A stretch of 27,963 nt of DNA from Chiloscyllium plagiosum (lineage: Eukaryota): positions 28,461,772-28,489,734 of the forward strand of contig NC_057720.1 of assembly GCF_004010195.1 (NCBI RefSeq), read 5' to 3'. Made by a program: the position numbers and the translations under genes. Below are positions 10,780 to 23,669 of the stretch, in pieces. A model generated the notes under the pieces. It was not told where the DNA came from and did no database searches. It saw only the letters and a list, made by a program, of their open reading frames with translations. Each line of letters starts with the position of its first letter. Position 1 is the stretch's first letter.

Positions 10780-11950
10780 CTGTCATTCTGCAGGTAGAGG
10801 GAGCTTGTTAACCCTGGAAATTTGGTCAGAGACCCCCAGGGGCATTTGTGTCTGGTGGCACAAGACATGCCTAGGGTAGTTCATCAGAGAGAGGCAGGCA
10901 GAGTGATGGCAGCCCTGCATGACCCTTTCTGGAGAGTCCTGAGTGGAGATTTTGTGAATGTTGCATATAGTTCCTGTTGCAGCTGAATCTCTCATCACAT
11001 TGCCTTGTGTGAGAAAAGGCACCTATTTCGCATACCAAGTTCTCCATCTCCTTGCGCCAAGCCTTCAGCCCTGAGGACTAGTAGCTGGGGTGATGAGATG
11101 CAGATATGCCAGCTCTCCAGCAGACCCAGAGGGTGTTGGAACCGGCTCTCCTTGGCACCTGTTAACCTGTCAGTGGAAGCAATACTCTCCTCCTCAAATG
11201 TTAAGGAGCTGATTTCTGAGAGGGCTGGTCATTTCTCCGTAATGCTGGTGAATATGCTGCATTACCTGCAAGACAAAAGAAAGAGAAGGCATTGCAGCCA
11301 GGTGTTAGAAGTGATATCTAATTAATGAGACTGATAGCACGGTTACTATGAGAACTGCACTGTAGTCAAAACAGGTACTTATTCAGTTGGTGGCACGTGG
11401 ATGTCTTGACATCCCTGTAGAAGAAGTCCCAGTAGTCTGCGAGAGCCAAGATTCTTTCTCTATATGGGATGAAGAGCCAGATATCTGACACCTCTTCTCC
11501 TATACAAGCTGTCTCTGCGTAGTTATGATTTGACTCCTCCTGTTATGAGTGAAAGGGAAGATTAAATGAAATGTAAGTGGGTTTTTAGTCCTGATGTAAG
11601 TGGAGTATAGTGATGAGGTGTCACGCAGCAATAAGGAGGCATCACAGACAACATTCATATTGTGGGAAGTAGTGGAGAAGGTGAGAACCACTGGAGGATG
11701 ATGTTGCAGGCAATAGTGAGAGTTGCAGTGCTTGAGCCTTATTGGCAGATGGTTCTGCTGTCACAATTCCTCTGCTGGTCCTCCGAGTAGAGGGCATTAC
11801 ACTACAACGTCCAACAAGACCTCCAGGTCCCTATTGGGGAATTGTGGTATCATCTTCTCCTTCTCCAACATGTTCAGATTCCGACCGTCAATGAGCAAGA
11901 TAGCTTCATAATGCCAGTGCTCGTCCAGGTGCACAGATGCCATTTAAAGT
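10780..11950 (-). pseudogene. Harbinger-type Myb/SANT-like gene relic
   Basis: From ATG 11871(-): MLEKEKMIPQFPNRDLEVLLDVVV*, resembling the PRFS..DLEVLLDAV start of Harbinger-associated Myb/SANT proteins. Acceptor tcttttgtcttgcag at about 11266(-), followed by an EISSLTFEEE-like peptide. Multiple stops and frameshifts. Confidence 0.5.
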
Positions 11951-11989
11951 TGGTCCAGTCCCAAAGGATGGAAATCCTTCCAAAGGTAT

Positions 11990-12745
11990 TCAGTGCAACT
12001 CAGACTTAGTCAAAGAAAAGTAAGATTGAGTCCATATAGTCAGAATTAATGAGTAGGCAACAAGTTGGCAGATGGACTATAGTTTGGGCAAGTGTGAGGT
12101 TATTCACTTGATTGTAAGAGTGGAAAAGTAGAATACATTTCAAAAGGCATGAAACTTGTCAGTGTAGATGTTCTGAGACAGCTGAGCGTACTTGTACAAG
12201 GAACACAAAGTTTGCACGCAGATATGGCAAACAATTAGAAAGCACACTTCATGTTGGCCCAGACTGCAATGGGATTGGAGTTTAGTAATTAGGAAGTCTT
12301 GCTACACTCATATAGGCTGAGAATATTCCCACTGCATTGATGAGACCATTCCTGGAGTATTGTGCACAGTGTTTGATTCCATAATTGTAGGAGGACATAC
12401 TTGAATTGTTGGTCGGCTCAGTAGATTGTTTCTAAGAGTGGGAGGGTTGACCTTTGAAGACAGAATAAGTAAATTTGGCCTGTATTCTCCTGAGATAGAA
12501 GATTGAGAGATGATCTAATTGAAGTATGTAAAATTCTTAAGGGATTTGTCAACATAGACAAAGAGAGATTGTTTCACCTGACTGAGGAATCTTAAAACAC
12601 TGGGGCATTGTGCCAGGATATGAGTCCAATTACTTAGGACTGAGATGAAGAGAAATTTCTTCATTCAAAGAGTTGTGAATCTTATGTTGTCTACAGCAGA
12701 GGATTGTGAATTTCATCTATTTAAGATTGAGATAGACATATTTTT
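11990..12745 (+). mobile_element. CR1-type LINE 3' half, decayed
   Basis: aagtgtgaggttattcactt (KCEVIHF), ctggagtattgtgcacag (LEYCAQ), and ORF 12645 starting MKRNFFIQRVVNL. Confidence 0.85.
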
Positions 12746-12769
12746 GGTCTGCCAAAATTGTTGGTCACA

Positions 12770-13320
12770 AATTTGCGACAGTGCAGAAAGAAGCCATTCA
12801 GCATATCATGTCTGCATTGGCTTTCCATGTATTTTAACTTGGTGCCAATCTTCCTCTTCCTTGCAAAGCTCAACATTGTTTCTATTTAAATAATGATTGG
12901 ATTATCATCGAATAATCACGCCTTCTTGAATTCCGCAGTTGAACTGCCTCCACCATATTTCCATACCCTATTTACTTGCTGTGTTTGAAACTTTTTCCTC
13001 CTCTCATGTTTACTTTGTTTGCAAAACATTTTAAAACTACCATTTGATTCTCGATCCATTTACAAGTGTAACAGTTTCTCCCTATCTGCTCTGACCAGAC
13101 TGTTGATGATTTTGAAAACTTCTGTCAACTGTTCTTTTAGTCATCTTTCCAAGGAAAACAGTCCCAACTTATCCAATCTTTCTTCATAGCTGAAGTGACT
13201 TGTTGCTGAGCCTACTCTTGTAAACTCTTATGTACTTTCTCTAATGCATTCCTTCCTATAGTCAGGCACCCAGAACTATACAACATACCACAGCTAAGGT
13301 CAGTATCTTATAAGCGTTCA
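12770..13320 (-). mobile_element. CR1-type LINE 3' fragment, decayed
   Basis: 3' UTR-like start (agaagccattcagc) and minus-strand ORF2 C-terminal remnants (cagttctgggtgcc-like QFW.P near 13265). Confidence 0.65.
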
Positions 13321-14559
13321 TGCTCAGAGAATAGGTTTATTGTATTGTAATAATGCTAACATATATAGATTATATTTTTTAAGCAACTGAGTGGAAGGTT
13401 TGCACTATAATACTAAGTGGAACTTTCACCTCCAAGTGACACGTGATATCATTGCTCATTCACTGTCTGGGTCAAAATCCCAGAATGTAGCTCACCACTA
13501 CCTTCTTCACAGCAATTGGGCAGGGTAACAAATTCAGACTTTGCTAATAATACTCACATCCCATAAACAAGTTTTTTTTCTTAAAAAAGTTAAATAGAAA
13601 TAACTGGAACATCTTGTTTAAAAGGTCTAGCAAAGATGTTTTGATCATTATTTGTACATGATGAAACTGAGAGGTTTTTGTAAAATGGTACCTGTAATTA
13701 TGTTTGTTATAACCTATAACACAAACCAAGTTCTGACATGGTTGAATATTAAGGATTTGTAACTGCAGTAGGATATCCCACCTGTCAAAAACTATTTGAG
13801 ACTTGTGAAGGGAACTAAAATACTTGAACTAATGAAAAGTTACTTGCCTTATAATGCATGCTGCTGGGATTAGTGTACAACACTTTTTAGGTTTGAATTT
13901 TCCAAAGCTGACATTCCTGGCAGATGCAGTTTGAAACACAAACAGCTCAGCAATCGCATACTTCAATTTCATTTTTGGTTGGTCTCCTTTTCTGAGTTTC
14001 TCTAGAGACAGATTTTTAAATGCTTATCTCTATGACATGGCAATAATAATAAGAAAGTGGATTTTGGTAAATAAAGGCTTACCTTTCCCAGGATCTCAGC
14101 ATGACACTATATTAATATCCTGAGGTTGGTGCTCTTACTGTCGATCTAAATGAGAACTATCCCTGGTATTTCATGACAAACAATGACAGTACAGCATTTA
14201 ATTAATCTGGATTTACTGATCTTGAGCTTAGTCACAAGTAAGTAAAATATTACATTTCAGCAGTATACGTTTTAATGTTTCTTTATCTGTAAAATCTTAC
14301 TTTAAAGTTAAACTTATATGTGGGCCCTTGTATGGTATGTTTCTTTTACAAATAACAGTGTTATACTGAGTGATCAGACCAGATTAAATGTGATTGATTG
14401 TGTACATGATATCTCTGAAGCAATAAAATTATTGAATCATCTTTCAAGTGTGTTTATTTTTAAATTTCTTTATTTCACTGCAGCTAATGTTGCAAATTCC
14501 TCCTGACTTGTGCAGATTTCAAAGATCCTCTTGCACACATTAACAATAACAATACTGCC

Positions 14560-15070
14560 ATTTATCCATTAAGGTTGTGAAATATTCCAACAGCAATAAC
14601 ATTTTTAAAATGACTAAAGCCAAAGGAGTGAAATGCTTTATCAAAAAGGTAAATTTGAACAAGTGTCTTAAAGAAGGAGGCAAAATGGTGTTTAGGAAAG
14701 GAATTCACAGCTTCCACTGCTGAAAACATGGCTACCAATGTAGGAATAAAGAAACTTATAAATGCATGGGTCCAGAATTGAAGGCATCCAGAATACATAA
14801 TTAGTTGTAGAGCTGTAAATGGTTACAGAGATTGGGGGTGTGATGCAATGGAGGGCTTTGAAAACTAGGATGAGAATTTTAAAATTGGTGTTGCCACACT
14901 AGGAATAGGTTGGTTAATAGATGAATGGGACTACTGTGAGTTCAGGTACAAGCTGTAGCATTTAGAATGAGTTCACAGCTTTGGAGAGTGAGAGTCTTGC
15001 AAGTGAGCACATGCATAGTCAAGTTCTGAGGTAACCAGTATGGTTTCAGCGGCTGGTTCTCTCAGGATGA
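14560..15070 (-). mobile_element. L2-like LINE 3' fragment, old
   Basis: aattttaaaattctcatcctagttttcaaagccctccat on - (FKILILVFKALH) and SFFKTLVQIYLFDKAF in ORF 14562-14798 are typical of L2 ORF2 C-termini. Confidence 0.65.
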
Positions 15071-15954
15071 GTGGTATAATGAAAAGCTAATGAGTTGAAT
15101 GTGAGTGTTTTATAACTCAATTTCTGCAATATGGCTCTATCTTCCATTTTAACCTTTCTCAAAGTTTTCTTTTGCATTATTGCTAGGTTTACAACAGACT
15201 AACCAATTAGTCCAAGAAAATATTTTAATTTGTTATGTATTCCATTTGATGTTCATTTCAGCAGAAGTTTGAGTTTTAAAATCATAAAATGATTGACAGA
15301 AATGTTCCAAAATTGCAAGCTGCTATTAGTAAAGTGAACAAATTAGATGGTGCATTTGATACACTGCACATTAGATTTTATGTACAGTGATTTACAATGA
15401 TTGAAAACTATTCAATTCAAAAACAATTAGCCTGCAGGGAAGCTCATGAACCGTTCAACAATTATATTTAAGTGAGATCATGCCATTTGTTTTAATTTTG
15501 CAAATGGCTGAGCACCAAATATATTATGTATATGCATCTTATGCCCCCTGCCAGTATGATCTGGTGATGGGGGCATGTAAAATAGATGTGTGCCTAGCCA
15601 TTGCCTTCCTACTTGCTCCAGAGTTGTACCCAGAATACAAAGAATCAATCAGTCCACCTGCCCTTAGGCTGGTTAGGCCTGGTTGGTTAAAGGCCTAATT
15701 CAGCTTCCACTAGTACCTGGCTATCATGCCCTCATCCCCACCCCAATCCTTCGCTGTCCAGCTTTACTTTGGCAGAGCAACTATGATTTTTTTTCAGACT
15801 CCCTTATAGCTGTAATAGCAGCCACTACTTTCTTCTAGCACTGTCTCGACTACTCCGCTCCTAGACGATCAGATTGGTTTGTAGCTCTCAAGGAGGGCAC
15901 TTACTGTCCCTCAAGTAGAATTCAAATGTTTACGCTGGTGCAGCCTTAAGGCAC

Positions 15955-16068
15955 AAATTATTTTTAATCAACCGGTTCCCACATTATAATACTTCCTGGG
16001 CAAGTAGGATTTGAACCTGGACTTTTTGGCCCACAAGTTAAAAAAAATTACTACTGCATCACATGCCA
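15955..16068 (-). mobile_element. Short tRNA-derived SINE, decayed
   Basis: CAGGTTCAAATCC B-box-like motif on - near 16007-16019. Similar layout to 21200-21320. Confidence 0.5.
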
Positions 16069-16079
16069 TTAAAAAGGCT

Positions 16080-17251
16080 GTCTCACAGCAATTATTCAAA
16101 AAGGACGAGAAGCAGAAAGTAGGAAATTATGTCCAATTAATTTAATATATCATTGGGAATCCATTGTTAAGGAAGCAATAACAGGACATTTAGAAAGTCA
16201 AATATGATCCATCAGAGTCAGCATGGTTTTATGAAGGATAAATCATGTGTGACTAATTTGTTAGAGTTCTTTGAAAATGTAACAAGCAATAATGGGGATA
16301 CTATAGGTGTAATATATCTGGACTTCCAGAACATATTTAGGAAGATCCTACACAAAAGGGTTACTGCACAAGGTCACATAGTGTTAAGGGCAATTTATTA
16401 GCTTGGATAGACAATTGGCTAACCAACAAAGCAAATACAGAGGATAACTTAGTCTTTTCAGGTTGGCAAGATGTAACTAGTGGGGTGCCACAAGGTTCAG
16501 TCCGAAGACCCCAACTAGTTGTAATTTTATTATTGACTGGGATGTGGAAGTGGAAAGTACTATAGCTGAAGTTGCAGATAGCACTAAAATAGGTTGCAAT
16601 GAAGAAATAAGAAATTGACAATTTTTTATGAATAGGTGAATGGGCCATAATTTGTCAGATGAAGTTTAATATGGGTACGTGTGAGGAGGAATAGAAAGGC
16701 AACTTATTATCTAAATGAAGAAAAACTTCAGATTGCTTCAATACAGAGGAATCGGGATGTCCTCTTCATGAATCGCAGAAAACTAGTATGCAGATATAGT
16801 GAATAATAAAAAAGGCAAATTGAATTTTAGCATTTATTGCTAAAGGAATGGAGTATAAAAGTAGTGAAGCATTGCTGCAACTGTACAAGGCATTAGAGAG
16901 ACGCCACCTGAAGTACTGCATACAATTTTGGTCCCTTGAGGAGGATTGTAGTTATATTGAAGGTAGTTCAGAGGAGGTTCACAAGACTGATTCTGGAGAT
17001 GAGGGGTTTGTCTTATGAAAAAGATTGATGAATTTAGGGCAATATTCTCTGGAGTTAAGTGTGAGTGGAGATCTAATTGAGAGTATATGAGATGCTGAAG
17101 GAGATTCGGCAAGTAAATATAGAAAGGACATTTCATCATGTGGGGCAACCTAGAGCAAGCGATCATGGTTTTAGAATAAGGATTGGCAGACTTAAAACAG
17201 ATGAGAAATTACTTCTTTCAAAAGGATTGTAAATTTGTGCAATGATATATC
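16080..17251 (+). mobile_element. CR1-type LINE ORF2 (RT) fragment running into the gap
   Basis: ORF 16204 IHQSQHGFMKDKSCVTNLLEFFENVT...IYLDFQ, agtggggtgccacaaggttcagtc (SGVPQGSV) near 16479, and gtagttcagaggaggttcacaaga (VVQRRFTR). Confidence 0.9.
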
Positions 17252-17751
17252 NNNNNNNNNNNNNNNNNNNNNNNNNNNNNNNNNNNNNNNNNNNNNNNNN
17301 NNNNNNNNNNNNNNNNNNNNNNNNNNNNNNNNNNNNNNNNNNNNNNNNNNNNNNNNNNNNNNNNNNNNNNNNNNNNNNNNNNNNNNNNNNNNNNNNNNNN
17401 NNNNNNNNNNNNNNNNNNNNNNNNNNNNNNNNNNNNNNNNNNNNNNNNNNNNNNNNNNNNNNNNNNNNNNNNNNNNNNNNNNNNNNNNNNNNNNNNNNNN
17501 NNNNNNNNNNNNNNNNNNNNNNNNNNNNNNNNNNNNNNNNNNNNNNNNNNNNNNNNNNNNNNNNNNNNNNNNNNNNNNNNNNNNNNNNNNNNNNNNNNNN
17601 NNNNNNNNNNNNNNNNNNNNNNNNNNNNNNNNNNNNNNNNNNNNNNNNNNNNNNNNNNNNNNNNNNNNNNNNNNNNNNNNNNNNNNNNNNNNNNNNNNNN
17701 NNNNNNNNNNNNNNNNNNNNNNNNNNNNNNNNNNNNNNNNNNNNNNNNNNN
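17252..17751. other. Assembly gap (500 N)
   Basis: Run of exactly 500 N, probably a fixed-size scaffolding spacer, so the true distance across it is unknown. Confidence 0.98.
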
Positions 17752-19074
17752 GAGTTGGTAACCTGGTACCTGATGTGGGGACCAATGCTCCAGACAGATT
17801 TACATGATAGTACCTAACTACCTGGCCTCTGTTCCTATTCTATTGTTGTGGAAGGGACTTGGTCCCTGTGGACATTTTTATTTATTTTAGAAGTTCTAAG
17901 TGGAAGTTGAGATGATGGTGCCTTCTCTTATCTGAAATGGCAGGTTGCATTTCCTTCCAAGTTGAAGAGCCCTCTCTTAACCTGTTCCCAACTCAAAATA
18001 CATAATCATGTCCTTTGTTACTGTGAAAGGCTATCTGCCTGTAGCAAACAACTCCCAATTTCAAAGCTTGATACTGACAATTGAGCATTTATTCTCAATC
18101 ATTTTGCTGTCCTTCTGACCAGGACCGGTATTTTGTAAATTAGGATAAATTTGCACTGCAATGCAATTGTATTAAAGTTGTTGAATCCCTTATTCCTTTG
18201 TTGCAACTCTGTGGTGCAGTTTTATATTTCTGCCGTTGCTGTTGAATCTACTATTTCTATATTTCTATTCTATGTACAGAATAATTACAACTTTTTGTAT
18301 AGTTATTTTGAATGAGGATGACTGGAATACAGAGGTTACACTTGTTACGTATCCTGGTAAAACATTTTTACCAATTGTACTTGAACAATTTTGCCCTGAA
18401 AATTGACCGACTGAGGGAGATAAACAAACCCTCACTGTGATGAGAACTGACCTTTCAACTTCTCCACAGTATTAAGTAGGATATAATTGTCCTTCATATC
18501 CTTTGGAAGAAGTGTATAATTGCCTGTGATAATTTTGCCCTATGCTCATGGGAAACAGACAACTTTTACAGCATACCTCACCCCTGACCCTAGTATCCAG
18601 ACTCACTATTGGGTAGGTTAATTTCCCTCTTGTGAGCATACATAAGGGCAGTTCAGTGTTGAAACCAAGGAAATTGAGTTTGCTGTAATAATTGTATTTG
18701 ATAAAGATGAATCATTAAGTAGGAATAGTCAGGTTCCTGCATTAATTCATTTCATAAACTTATCAGCAACCCAAAATGTAGGTGTTTTTTTTAATGAATT
18801 TTGTGATTAACTTCTGAAAATGCACTGTTCTTGCCCTCTGCTACCCACATTTCAATAATACTGCATACACTTCAATTGTAGTCAACTGCTCTGTAGCTGA
18901 ATTTAGGGCCCATTCTGAGTAGTGTAAGACATAGATGTAATGTTATATTGTGTGCAACTTGGTGAGTTTTCCAGTTATTATGCAATAAAAGTGACGCTAT
19001 AACTATGCTGCACATTAAAATATGAAATTTCAACATTTGTACAGAGAAGTATAGCATTCATTTCCCTTGCATTG

Positions 19075-19425
19075 GAACGTAGGAAGGGGTGTAGGTTATT
19101 CAACCTATTGAGTCTGTTCCACAATTTAGCACCATAATGGCTGATTGAACACTTCAATGGCTTTTACCTCAGATGCCATTGGTAATTAGAAATCTATCAA
19201 TCTGTAAACAAACTCTAGGACTGAGTTTTATTAGCCCTCTGGGGTAGAGAATTCCAAAGATTCACAACCCTGAGAATAAATCATTTTTCCTCATTTTGGT
19301 CAAGTGATTGATGCTTTGAGCATGCTGCCAGGGGAGGAGGTGGTAGAAGCAGATACAGTAGCAAAATTTAATAGGTATTTAGACAGACAGATGAACAGAC
19401 AGGAAATAGAGAAATATGAACCATT
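19075..19425. mobile_element. Two short CR1-type 3' ends in opposite orientation (about 19075-19295 minus, 19310-19425 plus)
   Basis: ggggtagagaattccaaagattcacaaccct (RVVNLWNSLP on -) and ctgccaggggaggaggtggtagaagcagataca (LP..VVEADT on +). Confidence 0.65.
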
Positions 19426-19429
19426 GATT

Positions 19430-20150
19430 GATTGACTAATTGTCAAGTGTACTGAAGTACAGTGAAAAATTTTGTTTACGAGCAATACAAGCAGATCATT
19501 GTAAGCAAGGATGTACAGATCAAAAAGCCTTAGACAGAGGCATACAGGTTACACTGCAGAGGGCGTGCACTAGGTGAGATCAGAGTTAACAAGATCAGCA
19601 TTATTTGAGGCTAGAGACTCCATTCATCAGTCTAATGATGGTAAGGAAGAAGCTGTTCCTGATCCTGCTGGTGTATGTGTTCAACCTTCAATAGCTTCTG
19701 CCTGACAGAAGAGGTTGTAGGAGATCGTTACTGGGGTGCAATGGGTCTTTGATGATGTTGGCAGCCTTTCTGCAGCAACAAGCCATGTAAATGGAGTTCA
19801 TGGATGGAAGGTTGGCTTCTGTGATGGTCTGGGCTCTACACACAATCTTCTGTAGTTTCTTATGGTTCTGGGCAGAGCAGTTACCATACCAGGCTGTTAT
19901 GCACCCAGGCAGTATGCTTTCAATTGTTCATTTGTAGAGATTGGTGAGCTTCCTTGTGGACATGTCAAATTTCCTGCACTGCCTGAGGAAGAAGAGGCGT
20001 TCTGCTTTCTTGACTGTCGCAAATACTTGGAAAGTCTAGGAGAGGTTGTTGGTTATTGTCACTCTGAGAAACCTGACACTCTCCACCCTCAACCTCAGTT
20101 CTGTTGATGTAGATGGAGGGAGGGGGAGGGGGGTGCACTCCTCCTCTCTT
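19430..20150 (-). mobile_element. Rex1/Babar-type LINE 3' fragment
   Basis: Minus-strand peptides KKAERLFFLRQCRKFDMS, TNLYK*TIESILPGCITAWYGNCSAQNHKKLQKIV and IYINRTEVE match the Rex/Babar RT C-terminus. Confidence 0.8.
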
Positions 20151-20229
20151 TTCCATGTGCTGGCGAATGTGGTTAATTTAAAATAACATCATGGACAGCA
20201 CAGACATTTCTGTGCATATTCCTGTACCA

Positions 20230-20408
20230 GGAAAAACACTGCAAGTCAGACAGCATCAGAGGAGCAGGACAGTCGATGTTTTGAGCCCATTCTGACCCAA
20301 AATGTCAACTTTCCTGCTCCTCAATTAGATGCTGTCTGGCCTGTTCTGTTTTTCTAGCCATACATTCTATTGACTTTGACTTTCTGCATCTGCAGTCCTT
20401 ACTATTTC
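20230..20408. mobile_element. Short Penelope-like terminal-repeat insertion E (old fold-back)
   Basis: Perfect TSD tattcctgtacca at 20217-20229 and 20409-20421. Imperfect inverted arms (cagacagcatc-agaggagcagga / tcctgctcctc-gatgctgtctg). Decayed ccaaaatgtc for CCGAAACGTC. The tail gcatctgcagtccttactatttct resembles that of B and C. Confidence 0.7.
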
Positions 20409-20659
20409 TATTCCTGTACCATACTGCTCTATGTTAAATTGTGTTTCCCTAATTTTAAAACTGCACCTGGTTGCCCAAACATGACAAGTACTTTACCTGC
20501 ATGTGGCATATGGCAAAATTGCCACAGGCAATTATGCACTTCTTCCAAAGGAATGTGATGGACAATTATAGCCCACTTAATACTGTGGCGAAACTGAAAA
20601 GTCAGTTCTCATCACAGTGAGGGTTTATTTAAGTATATGTAGATTTTAATTAAATCGCA

Positions 20660-22025
20660 TCTCATCCTTCAAAACTCTAGAGAGTACAGGTGCAATTTGC
20701 CCAATCTTTCTACATAGAACATTCCTGCCATACCAGGAACAAGTCTGGTGAACTTCCTTTTTCTACATCTATCACAATAATTGACTTCCTGAGGTAAGGA
20801 GACCAGAACTGCACCCAGTCCTATAGGTGCAATCTAACCAAAGGGCTGTACAATTGAAGTGAGACTTTCTAATCCCGGTACTCAAATCATCTCCCAATTA
20901 AGACTGACATAGCTTGCTGCACCTACATGTTAGCCTTCAGTGACTTCGTGACAAGGACACCCAGGTCCCTTTATATACCAATAATTTTCAACCTCCTTAG
21001 CATTTAAAAAATGTTCTACACATTCCTCCCTCTTATCAAAATGCATATTTTGAGATTTATATATTTCATGTGTTCTGTTTTTGCCATTCATTAAACCTGA
21101 TGAAATCCTCGTAAAGCCAGTTTACATCTCCCCATAACAACATACTTAGCTATTTATCATTTGCATATTTAGGATTTTTTTTTACATTTGATCCCCATGC
21201 TTCAGAGATACCTCATCAATTTTTTCAACCATGTTCTGACACAACTCTGGAACAAGTGGGACTTGAATCTGTGCTTCTGGTTCAGAGGTAGGGATACTAC
21301 CACTGTGCCACAAGAGCTCCTGGTCCCTACACTTCATTATTTTTTCTTTTTACATTCAAAATAGCTCTTACACACAACCGGATTTCTTTGGTACCATCAC
21401 CAAGTTACCCATGGTACTTTTTATTCATCTATTAACCTCCACCACTAAATCACCCATGTTTCCAATTTAATGATTTATATGCAAAGCCCATTGCCACACT
21501 TCAAAGCATTGATATATATTCTGAACAGCTAGGGCCAATTTACTTATCCTCTCAATACCCTACTAGCCACAGCTTACCAACATGAGAATGACCTATTTAT
21601 TCCAAGTCTGTTTTCTGTCAGCCAATCCTTAATCCATGTCAATAGATTACCTTCTATCCAGTGTGCTTTAGTTTTGCTGACCAACCTCCATTGGGTGACC
21701 TTATCAAAAGCCTTCAGAAAATTTAAGTATACCGCATCCATCACCTTCGCTTCTTTGATGTTGTTAGTAACATCCTCAAAAGTAAGTCTGACAAATTTGC
21801 CAAATATGAAATTTCCAATAGCAAATTCATGCTGATTGTGCCCATTCAGATTGTTATTATCCAAGAATCCATTTATCGCATAAATGCTGGCATTTTCCTG
21901 TTGTTAGTGTAAGGCTAACAGTTCTGCAGTTCCCTGTTTCTTCTCTCATTCCTTTCTTAAATAGTGGGTGACATTTGCTTGCTGCAAATCCATGGGAATC
22001 ATTTTAGTATGTGTAGGATTTTGGA
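20660..22025 (-). mobile_element. CR1-type LINE ORF2 fragment, decayed, with nested SINE
   Basis: ORF 21574-21864(-) has NQHEF...MDAVYLNFLKAFDKV...GNLLTWIKDWLT. Confidence 0.85.
21200..21320 (-). mobile_element. tRNA-derived SINE
   Basis: On -: TGGCACAGTGG (A-box-like) ... GATTCAAGTCC (B-box-like). Confidence 0.7.
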
Positions 22026-22474
22026 ACATGATTACAAATAGCTGATTCCCCTGCCATCCTGGACTCACATTTAATACCACAGATCTGACTATGGAATCCT
22101 CTATCATTATTGCCTGCCTGTTGCCCTCCTATTTTTCTTCCCCCCCAAAAAATCCCCAATATAGCTGAGATATCTGTGGTACCATGGACTTGGCTCTGAC
22201 TGCTTATCCCTTGTGCAGCCATTCTTTGTACCAATTACCCAGTTGGAAAGACTCAGGGAATTCCTGCAGTACCTACCTGGTTCTCCAAAACATCTCAGTC
22301 ACTCTTTCTGCCTCCTTGCTTCTAACTTGCAGGGTGACCATCTGTCTATAAGTACAACTAATATACAGGGCTCCACAGATTACATGGCACAAACCATCTG
22401 CACTAGAGTTTTTGTTGTACATGCCTCCCCCTGCCTACTTGATCCCTTCAAAAAAGAGAGAAAATGGAAGGACA

Positions 22475-23650
22475 GATGAGTTAGCCTGACATTGATTATT
22501 GGAAAACTACTAGAGTCTATTATTAAGGAAGATTTTATAGTAGCCTTAAAGAAAAATCTCAATATGATCGGACAGAGTCAATGTAGTTGGACAGGAAGGA
22601 AATCATGTTTGACAAATTTATTAGAGCTTTACAAGGATGTAACTAGAAATGTAGAAGACAGTAGCTAACATGTAATATGCTTGAATTTCCAAAATGCATT
22701 TGTTGAAGTGCCTCTCAATTGGTTAATACACAATAGAGAGATTATTAAAGTTGGGATAACAACATATTATGAAGATAATTAACAGATCGGAAGCAGAGAG
22801 TAGGGTTGAAAGGAGTATTTTTAATATGTCAGGTTATAGCTACTGAAGTGCTACAGGGCTCCATACTTAGGCCTGAGATACTTAGAATCTAGATTCACAT
22901 AACTAGGGTTGCTCATACTACAAAGCTAAGTAGAATGTAAGTTGTGAGGGGGACACAAAGAAGCTGCAAGAGATACAGTAAGGTTCTGGGTGGACAGAAA
23001 TATGAAGACTGAAATGTTATGGGGAAATTTTGAAATGTTTCACTTTGGAAATGAGAATAAAAAAGTGGGGTTTGCTTTAAAAAGTGTGAAACCTTTTAAG
23101 GAACAAAACATTAGCAGATAGCTCCAGCAAGGAATAATGAAAGCAAATGGGAAGTTGACCTTTACTACAAGTATCTGGAGTCCAGAAACTTGGAAGTCTT
23201 TCAGTAATTATATAGGTCTTTGGTATGACTGTTTCTGGAGCACTGTGCATAGTTATGGTCTCCACTTCAGAGGAAGGATATATTTGCTTTGAGGCAGTAT
23301 AGTGCATTTTCACAGATTGGCTCTTGGGATCAGATGGTTAGCCTATAATGAGAGCCTGAGTAAATTGGGCTTCTAAAGAATGACAGGTGATCTCAGGAAA
23401 CATAAAAGGCTCTTAAGGGGCTTGACAATGTAGCCCCTGAGAGGTTGTTTCCCCTGACCTGAGATTTCAGAACACATGGAACGATCTTGGGATTAGGAGA
23501 TGGTCTCTTAGGACAAAAATGTCTTCACTCAGAGTTTGTGAAGCTTTGGAATTATTTACTCTCGAGCTATTCAATTATTAAGCATATTTAAGGCTCAGAT
23601 AGATGGACTTGTAATCTTGTGGGGAATGAAAAGTTATGGTGATTGAATGG
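22475..23650 (+). mobile_element. CR1-type LINE ORF2 to 3' end, decayed
   Basis: gttagcctgacattgattattggaaaactactagagtctattattaag (VSLT.IIGKLLESIIK), aaatcatgtttgacaaatttatta (KSCLTNLL) and ttcactcagagtttgtgaagctttggaat (FTQR.V.LWN). Confidence 0.8.
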
Positions 23651-23669
23651 AAGACTGAAATTCAGGCAG

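Noticed and set aside
17192..17817. Three long ORFs (190-197 aa) in the ORF track
   Set aside because: They are artefacts of translating the 500-N gap.
21260..21320. Possible tRNA gene
   Set aside because: A and B boxes are present but there is no complete cloverleaf, and it continues into a SINE body nested in a LINE.
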